A stretch of DNA of 64,000 bases from Felis catus (Eukaryota), in NCBI RefSeq assembly GCF_018350175.1, contig NC_058368.1, positions 82,338,001 to 82,402,000 of the forward strand, given 5' to 3'. The position numbers and the translations under genes are program-made. This document shows positions 26,350-38,099 of the stretch, one piece after another (position 1 is the first letter of the stretch; each line of letters starts with the position of its first letter). Below the pieces are notes generated by a model that was given only the letters and a program-made list of their open reading frames with translations, was not told the origin of the DNA and ran no database searches.

Positions 26350-27289
26350 TTGCTGAAATGCTTCACGTGTAAGTAACTAATTCCTCTGAATCAGCAGGTC
26401 TGTCAGGCATAGTTGTGACTTCAGCGGTCTCTCCGTCATCGGAAGAGGTCTTTCCCAAGCCCATAAAACTCAAGCTGGCCTCAGTGCCCCTGCCCCCTGC
26501 TCCCCTACCTACAGGCGACCCTGCACACACTTGAACAGTGGTCTCAAGGCGCTAATTTAGGACGCCCAGTGCCTGTGGAAATTGCGACCCCCTGTGGGAC
26601 ATCCCTCCCCCAGCTCTCCTGGGGGTCCCGGCAGTGGCGGGCGGGGGAAGGGTCAGTGCCTGCCAGTGGTTTCTTCACAGTCTCGGGGGATCTCTGCTGT
26701 GGGTGGTATTCCAGTCCCAGTCCCCCAACCTGGCACCCTCCCAGGGAGCTGGCTGTCCCCCACACGTGAGGCCCTCCCCCCAGCTCCAGCCTGGACCGCG
26801 GGGCTGGCCCTGACACGGGTCTTGGGGGCCGTCAGGGATCTAGTTAGCCTGCAGGCTTGTCTCTGTCTTGGGGGCTGCCCACACTAGGCCGATGAGGTTC
26901 CCCTGCAGAGATGCCTTCATTGCCGCTCCTCTTGTCCCACACCATAGCTGCCAAGGGGTCTTCAGACACTGGCCTGGACCCCTGCCTCAGGGTGCCTGGC
27001 ACTTGGGCATCTGTGACCCTGGCCACAGCCTGGTGAGACTCACTGTCATGGGGTGTGACATACATCGTGGTGAAGATGGCACCCACTGGGTTTTTCCCAA
27101 GGATGGAAGGAGGCCAGGCAGCAGAGGCGCCCTGGGGGTACTGGGATCAGAACGACTCAGCACGACTTTTTGTTTGTAAAAAAAAAATGCAGTTTCTATT
27201 CAAGCAGAAAAAGACAAAAAGGGAAAACATAATGGATTCTGGATTATAATATGAATGCTAGTTATGTTCTTTTTTTTCAAAATCACCTA

Positions 27290-27560
27290 TACAGACACCT
27301 CTGCAAACACACATATACACACACACATGCATGCATACACATACACGCACGTATACATGCACACTCACCTGTGCAGATACACATGTACACACACAAGCAC
27401 ATATCTATGCATACACACACATGTGCACATACATGCACACACAGCTGTGCAGATACATACATGTACACACATATGCATACACACATGCACGCGCACACAC
27501 ATGCATATACACACCTGTGCAGATACACACGTACCCACAATATACACATGCACATACACA
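27290..27560. repeat. Degenerate (CA/TA/TG)n array
   Basis: Alternating purine-pyrimidine tract. Confidence 0.85.
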
Positions 27561-27613
27561 ATTTACCTCCATTCTCACCTCTTTATGACTACCAGATTTA
27601 AAAATTGCTTGCA

Positions 27614-27825
27614 GGGCACCTGGGTGGCTCAGTGGGTTAAGCGTCCAACTTTGGCTCAGGTCATGATCTCAAGGTTCATGGGTTTGAGCCCTGTGTCGGG
27701 CTCTGTGCTGACAGTATGCAGTCTGGAACCTGCTTCCGATTCTGTCTCCCTCTCTCTCTCCTCTCCCGCTCTCGCTCTGTCTCTTTCTCTCAAAAATAAA
27801 TAAACGTTAAAAAATATTTAAAAAA
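27614..27825 (+). mobile_element. Can-SINE
   Basis: Full SINE; TSD taaaaattgcttgca at 27599-27613 and 27826-27840. Confidence 0.93.
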
Positions 27826-28689
27826 TAAAAATTGCTTGCAGTGTCTCTACTTGTCAGACTGAGAATTCCTGAGCACACGGACACACACCCCTCCACCTGG
27901 TCCCCTACCATTGTGATAGTGTGGTTTTACTCTGCTACTCAGTAGTTAGTTTTTATAGGTCTGGTTCCCCTCTCTCCCAAACCTGCACCACACACTTGTC
28001 TCAGACACCGCTTAAGTGAGTGGCATTGTGGCTGCCTTGGACAGCCACAATCCCTGGGCAGGCCCTGGGATTTAATGAGGGGGACTAGATGCTGTGCGGG
28101 GCAGTGCTGACGGACACGGTGGCTGACAGAGACCGGGGCAGGACGAGTTGCTGTGCATGGCGGGAAGTGCATGTACTGAGTATCATACCAGGTGCTGCAG
28201 AGAAGCACGGCACTCTGTCTTTTTCCTGTTTGTGCTCTGCTCTCCACGGGTGGCCTGTGTGTGGCCCCAGGGACAGACCTGTCCCATGCCCCTCTCGTGC
28301 CCTGCTGTGCCCACATCTGTGTCAGGTGCTGGGAGACAACTGTCCCCCTGGGCTAGCAAACACTTCCTCCATGGCCTTGGATGACCTGGCAGTCGTTGTA
28401 AATTAGATTAAACCCTTTTCCTGCTCATCGTCTGTGCAGGGTCCTAGGAGCCCCTGGACCAACAGGGCTCAGGTTAGTAGGGAGGACACCGGGGCTGGCG
28501 GGACTGTCTTGTGGGCTCTTGGCAGCGGGTCTGGCTGGTGTTCATTCCTGTAGGTCCCCAAGGCAACGGGGACCTCGATGGGGACTCGTTCTTCCCAACC
28601 CTGCACAGGGCAGTTCAGACTGGGACTGCGTGTCGCCCTGGGGGCCTGGGAGCGAAAGCCACCTTCCCAGTTCAGGAAGGCAGGAAGCC

Positions 28690-29620
28690 GACACGGGTTC
28701 CGGACGCAGTGTACTCCCGTCCTCCCCCCGCGCCACCTGTGAGGACGGCTGGAGTGCGTGCAGCACACGGGACGCACCGAGAAAGACTGGGGTGGGGAGG
28801 GGGACGCAGCTGGCTGGCCCCAGACGGCGGGTGACCCAGGCCGGCGCTGGAGGGGCCGCTGGCCGGCAAAGAGGAACGCGGCCCTGGGAGGAGGGCGCGA
28901 AGGAGCGGTGACGCAAGGCCCGTCCACAAGGGACGCCCACGGCCCACGAAGCTGAGTGGGTCCTGACCACCACCTGCCCTCGGCCGTGACCTGGCGCTGA
29001 CTGTGGGCCTGAGCTTTCGCTCTCCGCCCCCCAGGTATGAGCCCCTCCCCGGCCCCTCTCCTGATGAGGACAGAGGGAGGAAACCCGCTCCTCCCGGAGG
29101 AAACCCGCTCCCCCCACCCGAGCCGGCAGCACCCGGCTGGGACGCCATGGCCGCCGTGGCCGTCATACATCAGGAGGAGTTACGTACGAAATGTGTGCGC
29201 AGATGCGGCGCGAATTCTCAGCGGAGGGCGGGGCGCGGGGCGAGGGCACTGAGCCAGCGCGGCGGGCAGGACATGCGGGGACGCGCCGTCTTGGCTCGTG
29301 GGAGAGCCCACGCGGGCCTGGGTGACGGCGGGCTCGCAGGACAGCAGGGGCGCTGGCCAACCCTCGCCCCTGCCCCCGGACCGGCTTCGTCTGCACGCGC
29401 TGCTGTGGCCTGCTGGCGCGCTCCCGCGCGGTCCTCCTGGGCTCCACTCTGTCCTCGCCCGCAGGCCGGGCCTCACCTGGAAACCGTGCCGATGGGCAGG
29501 CCCGCTGCCAGCAGGCGATTCGCTGAGTGGACCTCAATTTGGAAACGTGAACTTCATCACTAATGTGAGCTGGGTTCGTAGGCACCACCCAGACCACGTA
29601 AAATGACGACAAAGAGGCTT
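28690..29620. promoter_or_regulatory. CpG island / putative orphan promoter between GRK1 and TMEM255B
   Basis: Densest CpG stretch in the window by eye; GC-box cluster GGGCGGGGCGCGGGGCG at about 29226-29242; CRE-like TGACGCA near 28909; no coding exon of the three genes nearby. Confidence 0.7.
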
Positions 29621-32165
29621 CCAGTGTGTGGAAAGTAAACCCCACCTCCCCGGTTACCGTAGAAACGTGTTTGCAAGTTCAGCCCTCTGCCTCCAGGATG
29701 CACGGGTGAGGGCGACACGCAGGGCTGAATGGGAGTAGTGGGGGGCACTGCAGCCTGGCGCTGGACCCACCCGGGCCTGGCCGGGGGGGGGGGGGCTCCC
29801 GGTGCTGGTGCCCTGGTGCCCCCCTTGACTCCGGGGATGCCTGGGGGCGGCTGCCTATCCCTGGAGCGTCACCACTTAGTATTTAATAGGTGTCGTGGGC
29901 ACGGGAGCCTGCGAGGGGTGCATTCTCCACATCAGCAGGCCAGCGTCCAGGCTGCACTCGGCAGGCGGTGTGGTGGAAACGGGAGACATCGGACAAGCCC
30001 GAGGCTGCCGAGTCCAAGGCCAGGAAGGGGCTCCTGCTCCAGGGAATCTCGGTGGGCTTCATGCTTATGGGGGTGGGTGGTGGGTGAGCCCAGGGACCAG
30101 AAACACAAGACATCTGGGACATGGCTGATTTCTGCTTCGGCTCAATAGAGAGATCGTTTTTACAAGACCTTCTGGCAAAGCTGGACAGTGTTTTTAATTT
30201 AAAAAATTCATGTCTCCAAGACCGTTTCCTGGCCCACCCCACCTCGCTGGTGAGGACAGACAGGCTGGGGCTGCCACCTGCCGTTTCTCCGGTTGCTTGT
30301 CTACATTATTTATTCCCCGAGCTTCATTTCAAGGTCATTTGGTTACAGGAGGGAGTCATGTTTTGCAGTTTGTACTCCACTCCCCTGAGAGCAAGAGCTT
30401 GGCTGCACCTGCCTGGGGGCCAGGAGGCCCATGGTTCCCCAACAAACAAAGGAAACAGACTCTGGATGACTAAGGTGGCTCCTGGCTACTTTTGCTTCTT
30501 CCAGTCCTGCTCTTGTCAGAGCTGGGAGCCCCCACGTCCCTGTCCCCAGAGCTGGCTGCCCCTGTCTGCTCAAATAAACTGGTTTTCCTGATGTGATGGG
30601 TCCCCCAGCAAGTCCTGCAGAGGATGGGGCCGGAGGGTGAGAGACAGGCAGGGGAGGAGTGCTGTGCCCTGCAGGTGCCTGACCTGGCAGGGAGCAGGTG
30701 CTGACCAGTGTTGGGAAGTCAAGTGTATGCAGTCTCCTTTAACACGTGTGTGCTGTGGACCTGCCTGGAGTTGGACGCTGCTTGAACGAGGGAACACCTG
30801 TCTTGAGAGAATGTATTTCCTAGTAGAACGGACAGGTATCACGGTCATCCTTCCTGCCGCTGCTTCACACACTGCTTTTGCCCAAAAGAATCAAACTTTT
30901 GGTTCTTAGAGCCTTTGGAAGGCCCTTCCCCGACTTTGCCACCCTGGCTGCCCCCCGCCAACCCCGCTGCAGTGTGGGGCCTCCGGCTGGTGCACCAGAC
31001 TCTTCTATTTCCTTCCTTGTTCAGTGGCTTCAGGGAGGGGGGCCTGTGGCAAGCGGGACAGTAGACATCCCTGCGTCTTTCCATCTCGGTTCCTCCAAAG
31101 CCTGAGCTGGAAACCTGAGAGTCAGTGAGACAAGGGGGTGCTGGGCCAGTGTAGGGAGGAGGTGGGCATCCGGGGCAGTTGTCAGCACTGATGGCCAGAT
31201 GCACCCCTGCCCCACACTGTCCCCCACTTGCGTGTGTGCGCCCGTGTGTCCTATGTGCTGCAGGGGGCCCTCAGGCCCAGGGCTTCTGCTGGCTGGAATG
31301 ATGGAGAAGTGTCACACGGTCCAGAATTGTGGCAGCTGATGTCCTCCCGCCTCCCATGGGCCAGAAGCCCTGATCTCAGTGTCCCCGGGCCCAGAGGTGC
31401 CCGTGGGGGGCGAGGCCGTCCATCCTCCATGGTTGGGAGGCATGGGTCTCCCTCCGGCTGGGCCCACCCGTGGGGACCCCTGTTAGTTCTGCATTAGTTA
31501 GTTCTGGATTCTAACTGCATGTTTACTTCTGTTTCTCACTTCTAGCTGCAGTATTCTTAAAGGGCCGGTCTGTGTGGCCTGTCCGTGGCCCGGCACATGT
31601 GTCTCGTGCACAGAGGAATTTAGTAAAAATTCTCTGGCTGCTTCGTGAATGTAAGCTTAAATGCCTGCACTCAGGTAAATACGTGCTTTCCCACTTAGAA
31701 GATGTAACTGTGCTTTGAAATTGGGCTGACCTGGTTTATTTCTTGTCTCTGCCGTTAGCCAAATACTTGACTTTGGAAAAATTATTTAAATTCTGGGGGC
31801 CTGTTTTTCATCTGTGAAATAAAATCGTACAAATTAAATAAGGCCACAGAGTGCAAAGCAGTGACCACACTGTGGTAGGTGTGTGGTCAGTGCTCTGTCA
31901 GAGCCATGTACCGCCCCTCCCCAACCAGTCCTAAGGGATGCATGCAGGGGCCATGGCACCCCTGGGCAAGGCGCTCTGGGGAGGCGTGTGTGTTTCTTGC
32001 TCTCGCCGGACCCGTGTCCGTATCGGGGAGGTCTGGGGACACTACAGCGTTGTCACCCTGAACAGGGAGTTTGGTGTTGGGGAGAACAGCCTGCATGTGT
32101 CATAGCTGCTTTCCTACATGATCTTTCCCCTCACGTTAGTGATTTTATTAAGTTAGTTGCTTTAT

Positions 32166-32389
32166 TTTTTTATTTTTTAATTTTTTTTAACGTTTATTTA
32201 TTATTGGGAGACAGACACAGAACATGAACAGCGGAGGGGCAGAGAGAGGGGCAGATACAGAATCCGAAGCAGGCTCCAGGGTCTGAGCTGTCAGCACAGA
32301 GCCCAACGTGGGGCTCCAACTCACAAACTTCGAGATCATGACCTGAGCCGAAGTCGGTTGCTCAACCAACTGAGCCACCTGGGTGCCCC
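32166..32389 (-). mobile_element. Can-SINE
   Basis: Full antisense SINE; TSD aagttagttgctttat at 32150-32165 and 32390-32405. Confidence 0.94.
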
Positions 32390-32900
32390 AAGTTAGTTGC
32401 TTTATAAAACACTGCAGGTGTCTTAATTGTTAACATAACAATTTACCAAACCATAGTCAACTGGGGAGGTTTGCTGAGTGCGCTTTACAAAGGAGAGGAA
32501 ATGCCAACCTGTTAATGCTGTTTGTCTGCAGCCCAGGGGGACAAATCGTTTATTCTTCATCAGGGACAGGAAACCGGCTGAGCGCTTCCCTCACCCGGCA
32601 AAGGAGAGTCCGAGCTTAGGAACCAGAGTCCACAGCTGGGGCTGCCGTCCTGGCCAGGCTCACCTCTTCCCACTTGGTCACAGAAGCTTCCAGTATGGAG
32701 CTAGTGCTGTTCAGCTGCTGGGCCTTTGCCCCCTGGACTTAGTACCCTCGTGTTCACCCTGAAGACACACGAGGTAGAGGAGGGGCAGGGGAGCATGGGG
32801 AGGCCAGGAAGCCTGTGCCTCTGTCTCCAATTCAGCGGCAGCAGCTACGTTAGCAGGAGTGAGTTTGTAAACCTGGACGTGCTGGCAACCATGTTCCCAA

Positions 32901-33090
32901 TTTTTAAAAAATGTTTACTTATTTATTTGTTTTGAGAGGGGGGGAGAGGCAGAGAGAGACAGGCAGGGAGGATCCCAAGCAGGCTCCATGCTGTCAGCGT
33001 AGAGCCCAAAGCAGGGCTCAAACCCACGAACCTCAAGATCATGGCCTGAGCTGAAACCATGAGGTGGATGTTCAGCTGACTGAACACCCT
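32901..33090 (-). mobile_element. Older Can-SINE
   Basis: tttatttgttttgagag...cccaagcaggctcc...catggcctgagctgaa, diverged. Confidence 0.82.
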
Positions 33091-33958
33091 CCTCTCTCCC
33101 CACCCCCCGAGCGCCCCCCTCCCCCGAGGTTCCCAGTTTTGACCTAGGTTCCCCTGTTCCCACGTTAGCTCCCAAGTGTCAAGGGCAAAAGATACCATGG
33201 TTCTGGGGGTGGCGGGTGGCAGGATGGATGGACAGGAAGCCGTGCTGTGCGTCCAAAGAGTTTGGGGAACAAAGAAGACGCAGAAGATAGAAAGCTGCGA
33301 GCGGCCTTGGGGGCCCCTTCCCCCTGCCCTGGGATCCCACCTTCCTTCTTTTGGGCTTGGCTTCCTGGCTTCCGGCTTTCACAGCAAACAGCCCACGAAG
33401 GCAGTCTCCATCAAGACCCCCACGTCCAATGAGGTTCACACGTCTTGAACTATGGCTTCCAAAAACCTGGGACAATACAGTGCCTTTTCACACGTGTGAT
33501 TTTGTGGCTCAGGGACTCCAGGCTGTGGAGCCGGTGTGGCTCTCCCATACACTGGATCGCCGATGCCGGACCCGCCTGTGCTGACTCAGGGCCCTTCCTG
33601 TGGTTTCTGCGGTTCACCTGCTGATCAGCTCTCCGGGTTCTCAGGTTCTCTGACTGTTCCTCTGTTGCTCCCCTTTCACCATCACTGTCACCCGGTTATT
33701 GCTGTGTGACATCCCTGTCCTTGCCTTCTTGTGGGGCCGCCACCCTCCACCTTCTGCCCTGGGTCTTCCTCAGGGGCACGGCCACATCCTAGGACTCAGA
33801 GCTCCTGGTGGGTGTGTGCATGTGTCTAAATTATCTTCTTAACGTCACTACTAATTTGTCCAGTCCCTTGATTATCTTCAGACAGGAAGAGGACAGATTT
33901 CCCCTTAATTGTCTTAGTGAGAGCTCAATTAAATTACATTTAAAAACTTCCCTGATCT

Positions 33959-34547
33959 GGGGTGTCGGGGTGGCTCAGTTTGGTTGAGCATCAGACTCTT
34001 GATTTCCACTCAGGTCATGATCCCAGTGTTGTGGGATCAAGGCCCCCAGTTGTGCTCTTTGCTGAGTGTGGAGACTGCTTAAGATTCTCTTTCTCCAGGC
34101 CGCTGGGGTGGCTCAGTCGGTTGAGTGCCTGATTTTGGCTCATGTCACGATCTTCTATTCTGTGGGTTTGAGCCCCATGCCGGGCTCTGTGCTGACAGCT
34201 CAGAGCCTGGAGCCTGCTTCAGATTCTGTGTCTCCCTCTCTCTCTGCTCCTCCCCCACTCGTGCTCTGTCTCTCTGTGTCTCAGAAATAAATAAACATTA
34301 AAAAATAAACATTAAAAAAAACACAAAACAGGGTGGTTCTAAAGCTAAAATTGAGGGGCACCTGGGTGGTTCAGTGGGTTAAATGTTGGACTTCGGCTTG
34401 GGTCATGATTTGTGGGTTCAAGCCCTGCGTCAGGCTCTGTGCTGAAAGCTCGGAGCCTGGAGCCTGCTTCGGATTCTGTGTCTCCCTCTCTCCCTGCCCT
34501 CCCCCTGCTCGCGCTCTATGTTTCCGTCACATTAAAAACAAAAAATC
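33959..34547 (+). mobile_element. Three tandem Can-SINE units
   Basis: SINE heads at about 33959, 34097 and 34355, all on the plus strand. Confidence 0.9.
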
Positions 34548-35533
34548 AAAAACTTCCCGGATCCCAGACTGTCGCTCCCTGCAGAGGTGGGCTTGCTGCA
34601 GGCCCCTGGGTCAGGTCGAGGCAGGTAAACAATTGTCATTGGTGCAGTCAGCACAGGAGCTAATGCACCTGTCACACTGGGTGGTCACACTGGTGGACGC
34701 TTCCCGGTAGGGAGGGGTCTGAGGAATGAATTCTGACCCTCCCTGCAGTTACGCATGCAGCCTTTGGAAGAATTCTGCATCTGCTTGTGGTCACCCAGTT
34801 AGCCTCCTGGGACCTTGGTGTCTCCACCTGCAAAAGGGAGCAGCCCTGGGTTATCCCAGGATGCCCTGCAGTCCACTGAGCGCTGGGGCGCCTTCCAGAG
34901 CCCTTCCTAGCCGAGCTCTTGCAGCCGTGAAAGAACTTCAAACACCTGCCCATTTCCAATCGGCATCCAAAGTTGCCTGTATAGACTTGTCAATCAGAAA
35001 AGGCCATCGTGTCTGGTAGCACACACACATCTTAAATATATTTTCAGCAAACCATGGAATGTGTTGCCCTGCAGGGTGGTGGGCACAGGCTTTGCTCCCG
35101 GCTCCGCCACTTCCCAGCACTTAAAACGGCAACCCCAGCAAGCAGCTCACGCTTGCAGCCCCGGGGTGGGGGGCTCTCTTTCTGTGGGAGCACCGTGTGC
35201 CTCGTGGCCCCGGAAGCCGGGGAGCCCGCGCCTTTTGGTCTCACTTGAGGGCAGACCTTCCTCTGATTATCTTTCTATATTTCAGTAAATCACGCCATTA
35301 AAAATGGCTATTTTTTCTCGTCAATATTTACTGCAGAATGTTTAGCGAAGTCAGTAAAAGCGTGTTATCTCCTTTCACTCTCTGGTCTCTGAATTTCTTT
35401 ATTTTTCTGGCAGCTCCCGTTTTCTCCCTCTGTGCCTCTGATGGCAATGTCGTGGTTCCCTCAACCTTTCCAGCCGTCCCTCACAACTGGGGTCTAGGGA
35501 GGCCATATTGTTTTCAAGTCTTTCAACCTTTTA

Positions 35534-35770
35534 TTTATTTATTTATTTTTAATTTTTTTAAAATATTTTTTTATTTATTTTTGAGACAGAGAGAGACAGA
35601 GCATGAGTCAGAGCGAGGGTCAGAGAGAGAGGGAGACACAGAATCCGAAGCAGGCTCCAGGCTCTGAGCTGTCAGCACAGAGCCTGACGTGGGGCTTGAA
35701 CTCATGGACAGCGAGATCATGACCTGAGCCGAAGTCGGACGCTCAACCGACTGAGCCACCCAGGCGCCCT
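35534..35770 (-). mobile_element. Can-SINE
   Basis: Full antisense SINE; TSD tctttcaacctttta at 35519-35533 and 35771-35785. Confidence 0.94.
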
Positions 35771-37204
35771 TCTTTCAACCTTTTAAAGACATGATTTTGC
35801 AAGTGGAGTCAGAGGTCTCTAGACGTGGTTCCCAAAGCCATCTGTTTCCCACACGAGTGGGGACACTGCTCTGGAGCTGTTCTTGCTTACGTGGCATTCA
35901 CGTATCTGCACGTCCACGCTTCCTCGGGCTGGCACATCTGTATGTACATGGACGCCATGGTGTTGCACGTCCACAGCATGAAGCTGCTATGGCCATGGCT
36001 CGTTCCCTGCACTTCCCCACCTGGCCCAAACTGCTGTCACGTCTCAGCGGATTCAGCCCCCTAAACCGGGCTCTTTGCTTCTACCTGCCATGCTGCACGG
36101 CACCCTGCGGTGGTATTTCTACACCTGGCTGGTGGCCTTCGTGTCACTCTGAGCAGAGCCTGGGGCCTGGCAACGCCTGAGACCCTCCATCTGGCCTGTA
36201 AGCCCTCTGGTGTCTTTGCCCACCCCCACCCCCTCCCCAGGCCTGTCCACTTCACCATGGCCTCTGCATGGGTGTCAGAAATCCTGACTGCTTCCCAGCC
36301 TTCGTGTCTGGGTCTGGCCCTCACCTCCCACTCTGACCACGTAATCGCTGCTGGCTCCTGCCACTGCTTCTTCCCTGCTTGGTCTGTGTTCCCCTTTCCC
36401 AAAGCGGGTACTGCCTTCTACTCTACTCTGCATTTGCCTCCTTTCCCATATGTACCAGTCGGCATCTCTTCTCCAGGAGAACGCTAGCTCCCTCGGATCT
36501 TTGTCTACTGGCTCATCAGTGCTTCCACAGTGCACAGATCATGTCTAGCATACAGTGGGTGCTCTGCAAATGTGTATTGAGAGGATCAGTGAATGAAGAC
36601 CATTGTTTTTCAGGTTTAGACACACCACATAAAGGCTTCCTACTCACCACAACCCCATGAGCCCTCATTGTTGCCCCACGGCCCTCGTACCGATCCATCC
36701 CAACCACCAGTGGGGTGCCACGTCTGCGTCAGAGCACGGCCCTGTCCTGGCGTAGGCTTTTAGGCTGTGCCCATGGCTGTGCTGATGTACATGGGGCATC
36801 GAGCCGCACACGTGTGCAGCGTCTCTCCATCACGGCGACGGCCCCTGTAGAATAGTGGTCTTCTTCACAGCTACCGCACTCCCACCGATTCGGAGTCACT
36901 GGTCGGGGTCGAGCTCAGGACCGCAGTAATTAAAACATGCCTTGAGAGGATTGGATTGGGCGTCCTGGCTCCAGAAACTGACTCTTGGGCAGGTCCTTTG
37001 TCAGGGAGCCCTGTTTGCCCTGTTGTAGGTACAAACCTGCTGTTTTCCTGCCTGTTGCTGTCCAAGGGGCCATGGTGCAAGTCAGTGCAGCAGCAGGGAA
37101 CGAAGGTCCTTGCTCCACGTCCTGTCCATGTTACTCGGTGTTACTGCAAAGTTCCTGCCTGACGGTCAACAATTTGCCAACAACATGGGAGTGAAACGAC
37201 ACAC

Positions 37205-37425
37205 TTTTTTTTTTTTAATGTTTATTTAGTTTTGAGAGAGAAAGAGACAGAGACAGAGCATGAGCAGGGGAGGGGCAGAGAGAGAGGGAGACACAGACTC
37301 CGAAGCAGGCTCCAGGCTCTGAGCCATCAGCACAGAGCCCGACTCGGGGCTCGAACTCACAGACCGTGAGATCATGACCTGAGCTGAAGTCAGATGCTCA
37401 ACCGACTGAGCCACCCAGGTGCCCC
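37205..37425 (-). mobile_element. Can-SINE about 0.6 kb upstream of the TMEM255B ATG
   Basis: Poly-T, GA-rich segment, antisense head ending ...ccacccaggtgcccc. Confidence 0.93.
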
Positions 37426-38053
37426 GACACGCGGTTGTTTTTGATGACCTTCTCCTAATTCCCGGGGAGGCTGGGTGCCTCTCACACCTGCTGGGACCAT
37501 TTGAAAATGGTATGAATGGTCTTTACAAGACTGTTTCCTCACCGCCATGTGAAGCACTGGGTCTTGGGATCCCTTCCTCCAGCAGCTCCCATCCGACCTG
37601 GAGATTTCACTCACTCTGCAGCAGTGTGATGCAGGCCAAGGTGAATGGGTGGGGGCGTGACAGGAGCCTGCAGCGCCTATGCATTTGTTCATTCATTCAT
37701 TCATTCATTCCAGAGCTCACCCCTGGACAAGAGCAGAAGCGGGTCCCTGCTGCCCCCAGGAGCCCTGTTGGGGCAGGTGGGCCAACAGGGGGCTGAGTGT
37801 GGCCTCCTTGCATCCCTCCCCTCTGCAGCCTGTGACCTGTGGGCACCGACCAGAAATCCAGGGGGACTTTCCAGTGGGTCTGCCTCAGGCCCTCGGCACC
37901 CCTCCCCAACACACACATGCAGGACCAGTGGGAGGAGGGGGGAGGGAGGGAGCGCAGGTGGGAAGGAGGCGGTCTGAGCACAGAGAAGGGGCGGTGCTCC
38001 TGGACACTGATCCTCACTGATCCACGGCCAGACAGCCAGTGCTCTCCCCCGAG

Positions 38054-38099
38054 ATGCAGCCACCGGTGCCCGGGCCCCTGGCCCTGCTGGACAACACAG
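38054..38099 (+). CDS. TMEM255B: TMEM255B coding exon 1 (46 nt)
   Basis: gagATGCAGCCACCGGTGCCCGGG... reads MQPPVPGPLALLDNT, matching the recalled TMEM255B/FAM70B N-terminus; donor CAG|gtgagg. Confidence 0.92.

Noticed and set aside
29883..30242. Exon-looking ORFs right of the CpG island (e.g. MKPTEIPWSRSPFL...)
   Set aside because: No recognisable homology and no convincing splice-site pair; would need BLAST or PhyloCSF support.
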